Positions 20,343 through 28,813 of a stretch of 64,000 nt of DNA are shown here, in pieces. How positions within the stretch are numbered: the stretch's first letter is position 1; every line of letters starts with the position of its first letter. Under the pieces are notes generated by a model. The model did no database searches. It worked only from the letters and a program-made list of their open reading frames with translations, and was not told where the DNA came from. Origin of the DNA: Spirochaetota bacterium (lineage in GTDB: Bacteria; Spirochaetota; UBA4802; UBA5550). The stretch covers positions 3,520,001 through 3,584,000 of the forward strand of contig CAXXHB010000003.1 of assembly GCA_963664815.2 (NCBI GenBank), in the 5' to 3' direction. The translations under genes were made by a program, and so were the position numbers.

Positions 20343-20537
20343 CTAAAATGAATCAGCCTTGTTCCAGCCTTCCTGCGGCATTGAATGGAAACATGACGGT
20401 TTTGGATTTATCCATTTCCCTTCAGAAATAATCTCCCATTTAGTATAAAAGTCTATAGGTGAAGCTGTTTTGTCTATACGGTAACCCTCGGTGTGGAAAC
20501 CTTTTATAATATCCGAAGCATTAAATATTTTATTCAT
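20343..20537 (-). CDS. small hypothetical protein
   Basis: GGAG RBS before ATG 20537; Trp/Pro-rich (GFHTEGYRIDKT..P..YTKW..W..P..C..MP..GW). Confidence 0.65.
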   Translation of the reverse strand: MNKIFNASDIIKGFHTEGYRIDKTASPIDFYTKWEIISEGKWINPKPSCFHSMPQEGWNKADSF

Positions 20538-20594
20538 TTTCTTCTCCACAGCTAAATTTATGAGCATATAACTTCACTATATAAAAATTCTTAA

Positions 20595-21023
20595 TTAACG
20601 GTTTTTCCCTTTCCCTGAACCTGCCCATAGAGGTACACCGTTGTCGTTTCTTAACCGCACTGTGATATCACCCTTGATTATTGTCTTCGCGATAATAACA
20701 TATTCACCATTCACCAGGACTTTTGAACCTGTTGCTGTTATGTTGTCACCCGCTGTAAGAGTTACTTTTTCTTTAATAAACCAGCCCGGACCGATATGTA
20801 CACCAATAACGTCCATTTCTGTTTTAACTTTGATATGTATCCCCCATGTATTAACTGTTGAAATATCAGTCACTGTTCCACTTATGGTTTCAACAGTTGC
20901 CGGATCATAATTTCTCTTCCCGGCATTCTGCCTCATACTCCCCTGCTGCGCCTGCAAAGACACTGCCGCCATTAAAACTACCAGTATCAGAGAAATGTTC
21001 ATTCTTCTTCTTTTATAATTCAT
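20595..21023 (-). CDS. exported small beta-barrel (OB-fold-like) protein
   Basis: Signal peptide; YDP.TVETI.G.V, VH.GP.W, LR...G.P.W. Confidence 0.7.
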   Translation of the reverse strand: MNYKRRRMNISLILVVLMAAVSLQAQQGSMRQNAGKRNYDPATVETISGTVTDISTVNTWGIHIKVKTEMDVIGVHIGPGWFIKEKVTLTAGDNITATGSKVLVNGEYVIIAKTIIKGDITVRLRNDNGVPLWAGSGKGKNR

Positions 21024-21192
21024 GAAAAACCTCCGTTAATTTTTAAAATACTATCTTTCTTCTAAATAGAGATTAAAACATAATTGCTATATAAAAATGA
21101 TAGCATATGTCAGTGACAGAAACTTGGATAAAGTTATGTGATATTAAAGAATTTCAACCTCTGCCGTCATGTTACCTGCCGTATTCGTTTTA

Positions 21193-22893
21193 CTATTTCT
21201 CTCTCGGGAAAGGCCATGCGGCTACTCCCCCTTCCATAACCTTTACATTTATCCAGCCTCTCCCCTCAAGAACCCTTGCCGCTTCATATCCTCGAAGTGA
21301 AATTTTGCAGTAGCAGATAATTTCAGCATTTTTATCTTCGGGAAGTTCATTAAGCCTTGCACGTAATGCTCCAAGAGGCATAAGACGCTCTCCGATACCA
21401 AGACGCATCTGTTCAAACTCGTCAGGTCCGCGATTGTCCAGTATAAACGGTTTTTCTCCGGAATCGATCTTTTTCTTAACATCCGCGCATGAAATCCCTT
21501 TCATTCGCCCCTTAAGTTTATTCTGCATAATGTGAGCAGCTGCGATTGAGTGATCAATAGCAAGTGAAAATGGCGGTGCATAGGGAAGATCGGCATTCAG
21601 CATTTTATCAACTGTAAAACCCGCACTGATAGCCATTGCCCAGATTGCAAGCTGTTTGCTGACATCTCCAGGACCCACAACCTGAGCCCCGATGATTTTG
21701 CCGTTTGTTCTGTTCACAACCAGCTTGGTTACAAGAAGCAGCCCCTCCATAAATCCCGGTTTATCGGGACTGGCATTTATTACTGTTTCAATATCGTTAA
21801 AGCCCGCAGCCCTGGCAGACTTCTCTGACAACCCCGTTGAGCCTGCGGCAAAATCAAAAACTTTACAGACCCCTGTCTGGATGGTTCCTGGAAAAATTGC
21901 ACTATTCCCTGTCGCGGCATTCTCTCCCGCAACACGCCCCTGAAGATTGGCAAGGTCACCATAGGGAGCATGAATTTTTTTACCTGATATAAGATTCAGA
22001 GATTCAACACAGTCGCCCGCTGCATAAATATCGGGATCTGAAGTCTGCATGTATTCATTCACAAAAATTCCGCCGGTTAAACCTATTTCAAGTCCTGCGT
22101 CTTTTGCAAGTTTAACATTAGGATTAACACCAACAGCGACAACTGCGAGTTCACAGGAGAGCTCTGTTCCGTTCTTGAGTTTAACGCCGGTAAGTTTACC
22201 GTTTTCACCAAGGAACTCTGCAACACCGTTCTCGGTAATTATATTAGTCCTCTTACTTCTGACATGATTTTCAACAAGTTTAGCCATCTCCCAGTCAAGA
22301 AAAGTGAGTAACTGAGGAAGCATCTCTACAACAGTGATCTCAATTCCCGCGAGCTGGAGAGCCTCGCATGTCTCAATACCTATAAGTCCCCCGCCTATTA
22401 CAACGGCTTTGCTGATTTTTTTATCATCACGTATTTTACGGAGATAATCAGCATCCTGCATCGACTGGAGTGTAGTGATACCGTCAAGATCTGCACCCGG
22501 TACAGGTATTTTTTTTGGCACAGAACCAACTGTTATTATAAGCTTATCATAAGGAAGTATTTCTTCAACTCCGGTTTTAAGATTTTTTACCGTAAGATTT
22601 TTTGATTTCCTGTCAATTTTAACGGCTTCAGTTTCTGTCTTTGCCACAATACCCTTGGCATTAAGAAAAAACTTCGGATCGCGTACAACACCGGCCGGTG
22701 TGCATAGCAGCATATTCCGGTCATCAAAAAAACCACCGACATAGTAGGGATAGCCGCACGATGCCATGGAAAGATCGGGTGATTTCTGAATTATCGTAAT
22801 CTCCGCGTTTTCGTCAAGACGTCGTGCCTTTGCGGCCGACTTCGGACCTGCGGCCGAGCCGCCTATAACTATTATTTTTTTCTTTTCGTTCAT
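21193..22893 (-). CDS. CoA-disulfide/persulfide reductase with C-terminal rhodanese domain
   Basis: GGSAAG, SMASCG.PYY, GGG.IG.E, YAAGD, YAPPFS, rhodanese YCKISLRG. Confidence 0.92.
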   Translation of the reverse strand: MNEKKKIIVIGGSAAGPKSAAKARRLDENAEITIIQKSPDLSMASCGYPYYVGGFFDDRNMLLCTPAGVVRDPKFFLNAKGIVAKTETEAVKIDRKSKNLTVKNLKTGVEEILPYDKLIITVGSVPKKIPVPGADLDGITTLQSMQDADYLRKIRDDKKISKAVVIGGGLIGIETCEALQLAGIEITVVEMLPQLLTFLDWEMAKLVENHVRSKRTNIITENGVAEFLGENGKLTGVKLKNGTELSCELAVVAVGVNPNVKLAKDAGLEIGLTGGIFVNEYMQTSDPDIYAAGDCVESLNLISGKKIHAPYGDLANLQGRVAGENAATGNSAIFPGTIQTGVCKVFDFAAGSTGLSEKSARAAGFNDIETVINASPDKPGFMEGLLLVTKLVVNRTNGKIIGAQVVGPGDVSKQLAIWAMAISAGFTVDKMLNADLPYAPPFSLAIDHSIAAAHIMQNKLKGRMKGISCADVKKKIDSGEKPFILDNRGPDEFEQMRLGIGERLMPLGALRARLNELPEDKNAEIICYCKISLRGYEAARVLEGRGWINVKVMEGGVAAWPFPREK

Positions 22894-22905
22894 TACTTAC
22901 TCCTC

Positions 22906-23874
22906 TTAATATTTTATTATACTGAATTTTCTTAAATAAAATCTGCTACCGTTAAAAACCGTTTCTGAAATTTTATTTTCACGAATAAGCTTTATTATTA
23001 CACCCCAGTCCGCACCTGCTTCTGATAGAAATACTTTCATGCTATCCTCTCTCATGGGATGTACCGAAGTAATACTCAGGATGTCCTCAACAACATCCCC
23101 TGTCCGCGAAAACTCATTCCCTTCATGTCCGGTAATGCACTCAGCCTTAAGTCCTTTTCCTCTGAATATCTGATAAGCCCTGTTAACGGACGATTCATCA
23201 GGTGGAAGAACAAAACTTTCCGCAGGTGGCCTTAACGGAATTGAAATATAACTTAATGCCGGATTTAAAATCTTTAAAAAATCTGCAATACCCGTTATCT
23301 CATATTCAGAAGTATTAAGGTCATCTACAAGCATTGTCTCTGTTGCGAGTATGCCTTTGAAACAATTTGAAAACTCAATCATGCTCTTCTTAATCTTTTG
23401 CAGGTCCAAAGATTTGTGTGGTCTGTTTATTTTTCTCCATATGTCATCTTCGACAGAATCGATTTTTAGAGATACCCAATCCGCCTCCATTAAATCATCA
23501 CGGACACCCTGATCGGTAATTAGAGATGAATTAGTAATAACAGCAACATTTAACCCCGTGCGCTTGAGCAGCCTGATAGTTCTGCCGATATTAAAATCAA
23601 GTACCGGTTCTCCATCGGGAACAAAAGAGAGATAATCAATTCGACCTCCAGCTTTATATATAGCGGAAATTTTATTTTCAACCTGCTCAAGAACAGCATA
23701 AGGATCATAAAACACTTTCCGTGCTGTTCCAATTTTTTTATTCCTCCCCAGCTGACAATAAATGCATGAATAGCTGCAGTATTTCGGCGGGATATTATTT
23801 ATACCGAGGCTTCGCCCGAGACGGCGGGAGGGTACCGGACCGAAAATTATACCTGATAAAATATTGTCACTCAT
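22906..23874 (-). CDS. radical SAM protein (GPVPSRRLG family)
   Basis: FGPVPSRRLGRSLG, CSYSCIYCQLG, DGEP, RPPAE, HPMRE. Confidence 0.9.
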   Translation of the reverse strand: MSDNILSGIIFGPVPSRRLGRSLGINNIPPKYCSYSCIYCQLGRNKKIGTARKVFYDPYAVLEQVENKISAIYKAGGRIDYLSFVPDGEPVLDFNIGRTIRLLKRTGLNVAVITNSSLITDQGVRDDLMEADWVSLKIDSVEDDIWRKINRPHKSLDLQKIKKSMIEFSNCFKGILATETMLVDDLNTSEYEITGIADFLKILNPALSYISIPLRPPAESFVLPPDESSVNRAYQIFRGKGLKAECITGHEGNEFSRTGDVVEDILSITSVHPMREDSMKVFLSEAGADWGVIIKLIRENKISETVFNGSRFYLRKFSIIKY

Positions 23875-24385
23875 CTGTATAAATTACCCTTATAAAAAAA
23901 TCAGCGCCGATATTACTGTCGCTGTATCTAAGTACTGTACCGTTTTCCAGATTCCCCGGAAGTGTGACCTTGTACACTTCTCTCTTATCTCCTTTATCAA
24001 CTCCGACATCAATTGTTATTCCGGCAAAAGCCTCGTTCCGGGTTACAGATATATTGTGAACAGGTATATTCATGCCGCCCCGGGCTCTACCCCGGCCGCC
24101 GCAGCCCCTACCTCTGCCGCAGCCCATTCCGCCGCCATGCATCCCTCCGCCTGATGCATACATATCGTTATAATTACTGTGACCTGTCCGATCATATATA
24201 AGCCGTTTTTGAGGATCTCCAAGCACTTCATATGCCCTGCTGATATTTTTAAAATTCTCCTCTGATTCAATATCCCCCTTATTTTTATCAGGATGAAAAC
24301 GGTGAGCCAGCAGCCTGAAAGATTTTTTAATTTCATCAGCAGAGGCATCCCTTGAAACCTCAAGTAGAGTGTAATAATCTGACAT
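23867..24385 (-). CDS. J-domain protein with Gly/Arg/Cys-rich linker
   Basis: DYY.LL, HPD, F..IS.AYEVL.D..KR..YD; start re-set to ATG 24385. Confidence 0.85.
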   Translation of the reverse strand: MSDYYTLLEVSRDASADEIKKSFRLLAHRFHPDKNKGDIESEENFKNISRAYEVLGDPQKRLIYDRTGHSNYNDMYASGGGMHGGGMGCGRGRGCGGRGRARGGMNIPVHNISVTRNEAFAGITIDVGVDKGDKREVYKVTLPGNLENGTVLRYSDSNIGADFFIRVIYTDE

Positions 24386-24389
24386 TGTA

Positions 24390-25253
24390 CTATGCATAAA
24401 GTTTAACCCCACAAATCTCCTTATCTGAACTTGCCGGCACATTAACCGATCGGATAACAGTATGTGTCCCCACGGGAAATCCGGTATGATCGGCAATTAT
24501 CCGGCATTTTACCTTAAGGAGAAAGTATATATTCTTCTCCACGTCACAGAGAGTTTCGTAATTTCCCTGTCCTTTTGATATGACAAGATCCGACTCATTA
24601 AAACATTTCAAAAACTCTTCGCTGCACTCCTCGAGAATAGTCCCCGGAGCATCCGAACCGTTTTCTATAACAGTTACAATTTTATCAAGCCCCGCAGTCC
24701 GGGCATCTGCAATAGTAACCCTTTCCGGGCCCAGCAGACCAATCATAAGTCTGTCAAATACAATCTCCCCCGCATTATCAGCTATATATAATATTTTTTC
24801 AGAATTTGCTGCAGCCTGTAGAAATTCACTGACATCACCGGCAAGTACCTCTGAAAAAGAAATATCAATAAGTGTTCGGATTTCTGATCCAGTAATTCCC
24901 GCTGATGCTCCGCTATCAATTACATTACCTGCTATTGAAAGTTTTACAGCATCAAAAAGCGGATCTGGAGAATGCAGTATATCATCCTTAAACGAATCCG
25001 CTATAGAGAGAGCAAGTGTATTATACTCATCTTTAATTTTAATATAAGGGTCATCTATTCCGGTTATTTCACGCAGGTGTCTATGAAACCACTGCGCAAT
25101 AAACGGCGGGGACTGACTGTAATCCGCATCAGCAATGATTTTCGGTATACAGCGCAATACTCTTTCATGAACATCGATGTCAGGTGAAGCAATACGCAAA
25201 GTTTCTATGGCCTGCCTTACAAGACAGGGAATACAGTCGAGACTTGTCTTCAT
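24390..25253 (-). CDS. DUF89/ARMT1-like damage-control phosphatase, apparent internal deletion
   Basis: C.PC..RQ, AGN.ID, DNAGE..FD, SKG.GNYE present; the usual P..ND.T motif is absent. Confidence 0.85.
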   Translation of the reverse strand: MKTSLDCIPCLVRQAIETLRIASPDIDVHERVLRCIPKIIADADYSQSPPFIAQWFHRHLREITGIDDPYIKIKDEYNTLALSIADSFKDDILHSPDPLFDAVKLSIAGNVIDSGASAGITGSEIRTLIDISFSEVLAGDVSEFLQAAANSEKILYIADNAGEIVFDRLMIGLLGPERVTIADARTAGLDKIVTVIENGSDAPGTILEECSEEFLKCFNESDLVISKGQGNYETLCDVEKNIYFLLKVKCRIIADHTGFPVGTHTVIRSVNVPASSDKEICGVKLYA

Positions 25254-25278
25254 ATAAATACCTGTAAATATATTCTAA

Positions 25279-25917
25279 TCAGAAATTACTTCTGCGCATT
25301 GCAGTATAGGTTGTCTGGAACTCATTCTCTATAATTTTAACATCAAAATTAAACTCTTTAAGATAAACCCCTACAATGCTGAAATCACCCGGCATCTGTA
25401 CATGAGTTTTACCATCAAGTTTATGGATCTTTTCAACAGTTTCAAATCCCCTGCGGTTAAAATCTGAAATAACAATCTGGTTAATCGCTATTCTTACCAT
25501 CTCCCTGATCACTTTAAAAGGGAACTCAAGATGGTGGAATGTAAACGAGGAGACAACTGCATCAAAGCTCCTGTCAGGAAAAGCGAGTTTACCGGCATCG
25601 GAAGTGATAAATTCAATTTTATCATAAAGACCGGAATAAGCAGTGTTGAGCATTGCAATGCGTTGTTCACTGCTGTCTATATCTACAGAGACAACTCTGT
25701 TAAAAAACCCGGCCAGCATTGCCGTCAGCTGTCCTTTGCCCGTTCCTACTTCAAGGATTGAGTCGTTATCTGCTGATAGCTGTCGAAAAACCACCCTCCG
25801 CGTCTCAGCCCGTTCCAGCCCGTATTTTTTATAAAGAGCATCTCTTTCCATAAAGTGATTATGAGCAGCAGTAATTTCTTCATTGGAAAATCCGTTTGTA
25901 CCTGTTTTCATATTCAT
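25279..25917 (-). CDS. class I SAM-dependent methyltransferase
   Basis: ILEVGTGKG, VD, FPD.SFD, FHH. Confidence 0.9.
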   Translation of the reverse strand: MNMKTGTNGFSNEEITAAHNHFMERDALYKKYGLERAETRRVVFRQLSADNDSILEVGTGKGQLTAMLAGFFNRVVSVDIDSSEQRIAMLNTAYSGLYDKIEFITSDAGKLAFPDRSFDAVVSSFTFHHLEFPFKVIREMVRIAINQIVISDFNRRGFETVEKIHKLDGKTHVQMPGDFSIVGVYLKEFNFDVKIIENEFQTTYTAMRRSNF

Positions 25918-25942
25918 AACATTTCAACTTCCTGATTAAAAT

Positions 25943-26380
25943 CTATTTTCTAACCATCATGGAACCGCACTTCGGGCAGGGAATTCCATTACATGGAACT
26001 CCGGCTGCATGAGGAATAACCGTACCGCACTGAAGACATAAACACTCGCCTTTTACTGATGTCCCGGATTTTCTTCCTCCGCCGCCACAATCTTTACCCG
26101 GCCATCCTGATCCGGCACCCATCCCCGGACCTGGACCTCTTCTGCTCCTTGAATCCATGCGATTATTTCCGGAAAATCCATCTCCGGCCCGGGACCCGGA
26201 AAGCTCAATTGAGATAGCCCCTTTTTTGCATTTATCAATACATATACCGCACGCGATACATAATGCAGCATCTACTGCAGCTTTTTTTGTCAGCTCATAC
26301 AGTGTTATCGCACCAACCGGACAGTATTCGATACATCTCCCGCATCCGGTACATATTTCATTATTAATTACAGCCGCCAT
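25943..26380 (-). CDS. 2x4Fe-4S ferredoxin fused to Gly-rich linker and C-terminal CxCxxC/CxxxxCxxC module
   Basis: Two CxxCxxCxxxC motifs; CLCLQCG..PH..G.PC...CPKCG. Confidence 0.85.
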   Translation of the reverse strand: MAAVINNEICTGCGRCIEYCPVGAITLYELTKKAAVDAALCIACGICIDKCKKGAISIELSGSRAGDGFSGNNRMDSRSRRGPGPGMGAGSGWPGKDCGGGGRKSGTSVKGECLCLQCGTVIPHAAGVPCNGIPCPKCGSMMVRK

Positions 26381-26429
26381 TTTATTTATTACCTCAACTT
26401 AGCTGATATTTCAGCTTTATCCAATAGAA

Positions 26430-26825
26430 TTAACCTTTAAGCCAGTTTTTCCCCTCTCCTGATTGTGAAGCATCAAATGTACGTATTATATCATGAGCTC
26501 CAGATAACCTTGCACCTTGAACTATTGACATCTTTGTTATAGTAGAATTTCCGATTAAAGCGATTTTAACACATCCGTTTTCAATGGCTTTTTCCTGATT
26601 CTTTGCTTTTTCGGCATTTACATCCGCAGTGACAACTCGGCACTCACTCACATCTGAAAATATTTTCCACCCGGGCTTTGTAAGTTTTCTGGCATCATCC
26701 CAGTCTTTATGAAAGACAGGAACAACAGACATATCTTTCCAGAAGCCCTTCATTTTCCAGTACACAATATTTTCAGTTTCTTCGTAACTTAACTCATAGT
26801 ATTCATTTTTAGCAATGTTCTTCAT
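26430..26825 (-). CDS. hypothetical protein (SpoIIAA/STAS-like pattern)
   Basis: KGFW...F..DW, D.S, A..W C-terminus. Confidence 0.6.
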   Translation of the reverse strand: MKNIAKNEYYELSYEETENIVYWKMKGFWKDMSVVPVFHKDWDDARKLTKPGWKIFSDVSECRVVTADVNAEKAKNQEKAIENGCVKIALIGNSTITKMSIVQGARLSGAHDIIRTFDASQSGEGKNWLKG

Positions 26826-27005
26826 TTAAATCCTCTTACCTTTATATTTATAGATACTTTAATGTTTTCTGATGTTTATTTATAAAACAGGAATCAATAA
26901 AATGGAACCAGTTCTTAAAATACTGCACAAAGAACCAGCTCCATTATACGACCTTAAATATTCTGATATTAATCTTTTCTTTCCGGATTCTACCCCGCTT
27001 TCTTA

Positions 27006-27386
27006 TCAGGGATTATCTCTTTTAGCCGAAGATTGAGTCTCAAGATCCTTGATTCTCTCATTTATCGCTGCCAACTCCTTCTGCATAAACTCCGACTGTT
27101 CTTTCATAATCATCAGTTCATGCTCCGCAGAGTATTCAGAACTTGCATAATCTGCCCCTGCATAATTTGCCATCCTGCAATTTCTCAATCCGCGTCCCCT
27201 GAAAATCATATCGGCTGCATAAGACTGATTCCTCCTGCCTCTGCCGCCGCCTCTTCCAAAACCGGAATATCCACAGCCCCGTACCGGATTAACATATCCC
27301 GGTGCGGAGTAGCCTGCGCAAAAACCTGTTCCCCGCCCTGTCATAGGCCCTGCTCCCATTGGTCCTCTTCCATTTCCTGCCGGCAT
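27006..27386 (-). CDS. DUF5320-family Gly/Arg-rich protein with C-terminal coiled coil
   Basis: MP.G.G.GP.G.GPMTGRG.G.C; AGGAGG RBS; start re-set to ATG 27386. Confidence 0.88.
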   Translation of the reverse strand: MPAGNGRGPMGAGPMTGRGTGFCAGYSAPGYVNPVRGCGYSGFGRGGGRGRRNQSYAADMIFRGRGLRNCRMANYAGADYASSEYSAEHELMIMKEQSEFMQKELAAINERIKDLETQSSAKRDNP

Positions 27387-27408
27387 ATCATGCCTCCTTA
27401 AATTATAG

Positions 27409-27429
27409 TAATGAAAACCATTTTCATTA
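27409..27429. promoter_or_regulatory. Fur-family operator TAATGAAAA-CCA-TTTTCATTA
   Basis: Palindrome upstream of the DUF5320 gene, similar to the box at 27939. Confidence 0.7.
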
Positions 27430-27444
27430 TATCCGCAAAAAAAA

Positions 27445-27909
27445 TTAACCATGCCCCGATTTACAATTACCACATATCCCGTAAAAACTAACCAGGTGAT
27501 CATTTATCTGAAAATTATATTTCTTTGAAAGAAAATCCTGCGTTTTTCCCAGACAGTTAATCTCTTCATCTATAAAATCCTTATAATCAATAATCTTTTT
27601 GCATTTTACGCAGATAAGATGATGATGATGCCCCTTTCCGCCTGGATTGTTAAGCAGCTCAAACCTTGCGTGTCCGTCACCAAAATCAAATTTCTGAACT
27701 ATCCTCATCTGCTCCAGAAGCTCAAGGGTACGATAAATTGTTGTTAATCCGATTTCCGGACTAAGAGAGTGAGCCAGAATATAAATATCAGACGCGCTCA
27801 GATGCTCCTTCGTTTCATTAAGAATATTCAGAACAACTTCCCTTGAAGCTGTTATTCGAATGCTGCTCTGGTTAAACCTGTCCTGCCACCATGGCCCTTT
27901 ACCACGCAA
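27445..27909 (-). CDS. Fur-family transcriptional regulator
   Basis: R.T..R..VL, HLSA..IY, IGL.T.YRTL, HHHH.IC..C, YG.C..C; TTG start with GGAGG. Confidence 0.93.
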   Translation of the reverse strand: MRGKGPWWQDRFNQSSIRITASREVVLNILNETKEHLSASDIYILAHSLSPEIGLTTIYRTLELLEQMRIVQKFDFGDGHARFELLNNPGGKGHHHHLICVKCKKIIDYKDFIDEEINCLGKTQDFLSKKYNFQINDHLVSFYGICGNCKSGHG

Positions 27910-27938
27910 ATTCTGACCTCCAGCATAATCAATTTATT

Positions 27939-27957
27939 GAAAATGATTTTCATTATC
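27939..27957 (-). promoter_or_regulatory. Fur box GATAATGAAAATCATTTTC (autoregulatory)
   Basis: 17/19 match to GATAATGATAATCATTATC, ~30 bp upstream of the Fur gene. Confidence 0.8.
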
Positions 27958-27996
27958 AATAAATTATCCATAGGTGCTAATGTCAACTAAAAAATT

Positions 27997-28470
27997 TTAA
28001 CCGTAAACATGCTTTCTCTTGAATATATCCATCCGCTTCTGGCAAAGCTGTTCAATTTCCCTCAGGCAATTGCTCATCTCTGCAAAGTGTTCAGATATAT
28101 GCATGTCTGTCTCCAAACAGGTCATCGGCTCAATTATCGCATAGGCCTGAAGAATATATTTTTCCAGTGATAAATCCGTTTCTCGAAGTTCCTCTTCCTC
28201 AGATTGTGATATTTTATCAAAGTTATACTCACCTCCGATGAACCTGTGATCCATCTCCTTTTTCATCCTTTCAGTACGTGTCCTTACCTGAAGCACCCTG
28301 GACATAATTTTTTCCATACCCATCTCTTTTGCTTTTACAAGGCACTCTTCATTTTTCTTAACTATTTTTTCGAATAATGCAGACAGTCTGTTGCGGATAA
28401 TCTCTTCCCCTTCACCAGCCGGGTATTCATTATAACCATTGAAATTATTATACAACATAGATTCGTTCAT
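27997..28470 (-). CDS. hypothetical helical protein (sigma54-driven)
   Basis: GGAGG RBS; downstream of the sigma54 promoter at 28558. Confidence 0.75.
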   Translation of the reverse strand: MNESMLYNNFNGYNEYPAGEGEEIIRNRLSALFEKIVKKNEECLVKAKEMGMEKIMSRVLQVRTRTERMKKEMDHRFIGGEYNFDKISQSEEEELRETDLSLEKYILQAYAIIEPMTCLETDMHISEHFAEMSNCLREIEQLCQKRMDIFKRKHVYG

Positions 28471-28557
28471 ATAAACCTCCGGATATTTTTAAATATTTAT
28501 CATTCAATCCTCGGATATTTGTATTAAAAATTTTTTTCACTCCATAATATAGTAATA

Positions 28558-28573
28558 TGCACTTTCCATTCCA
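28558..28573 (-). promoter_or_regulatory. sigma54 promoter TGGAATGGAAAGTGCA
   Basis: GG-N10-GC; enhancer pair 160 bp upstream. Confidence 0.7.
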
Positions 28574-28732
28574 CCAGTTTAAATAACTGAATACAGGTAT
28601 CGTTAACTGGAGTTTAAATGGTATTTATGTCGATTTCAAATAATTTATCAATATTAATCTGTTTTACAGTGAGGTCAGATATGAGATATAATTTCAGACA
28701 GGTATGTTTTAATAATTTTGGAGTGGAATTTC

Positions 28733-28780
28733 ATTGCATTCTGCAATTGGAATAATAGTAAAAAGATTGCATAATGCAAT
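28733..28780. promoter_or_regulatory. paired enhancer sites ATTGCA-N3-TGCAAT (28733-28747, 28766-28780)
   Basis: Same motif and geometry as 16596-16642. Confidence 0.8.
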
Positions 28781-28813
28781 CTTTTACATGTCCAACAGAC
28801 GGCACAGCACGGT

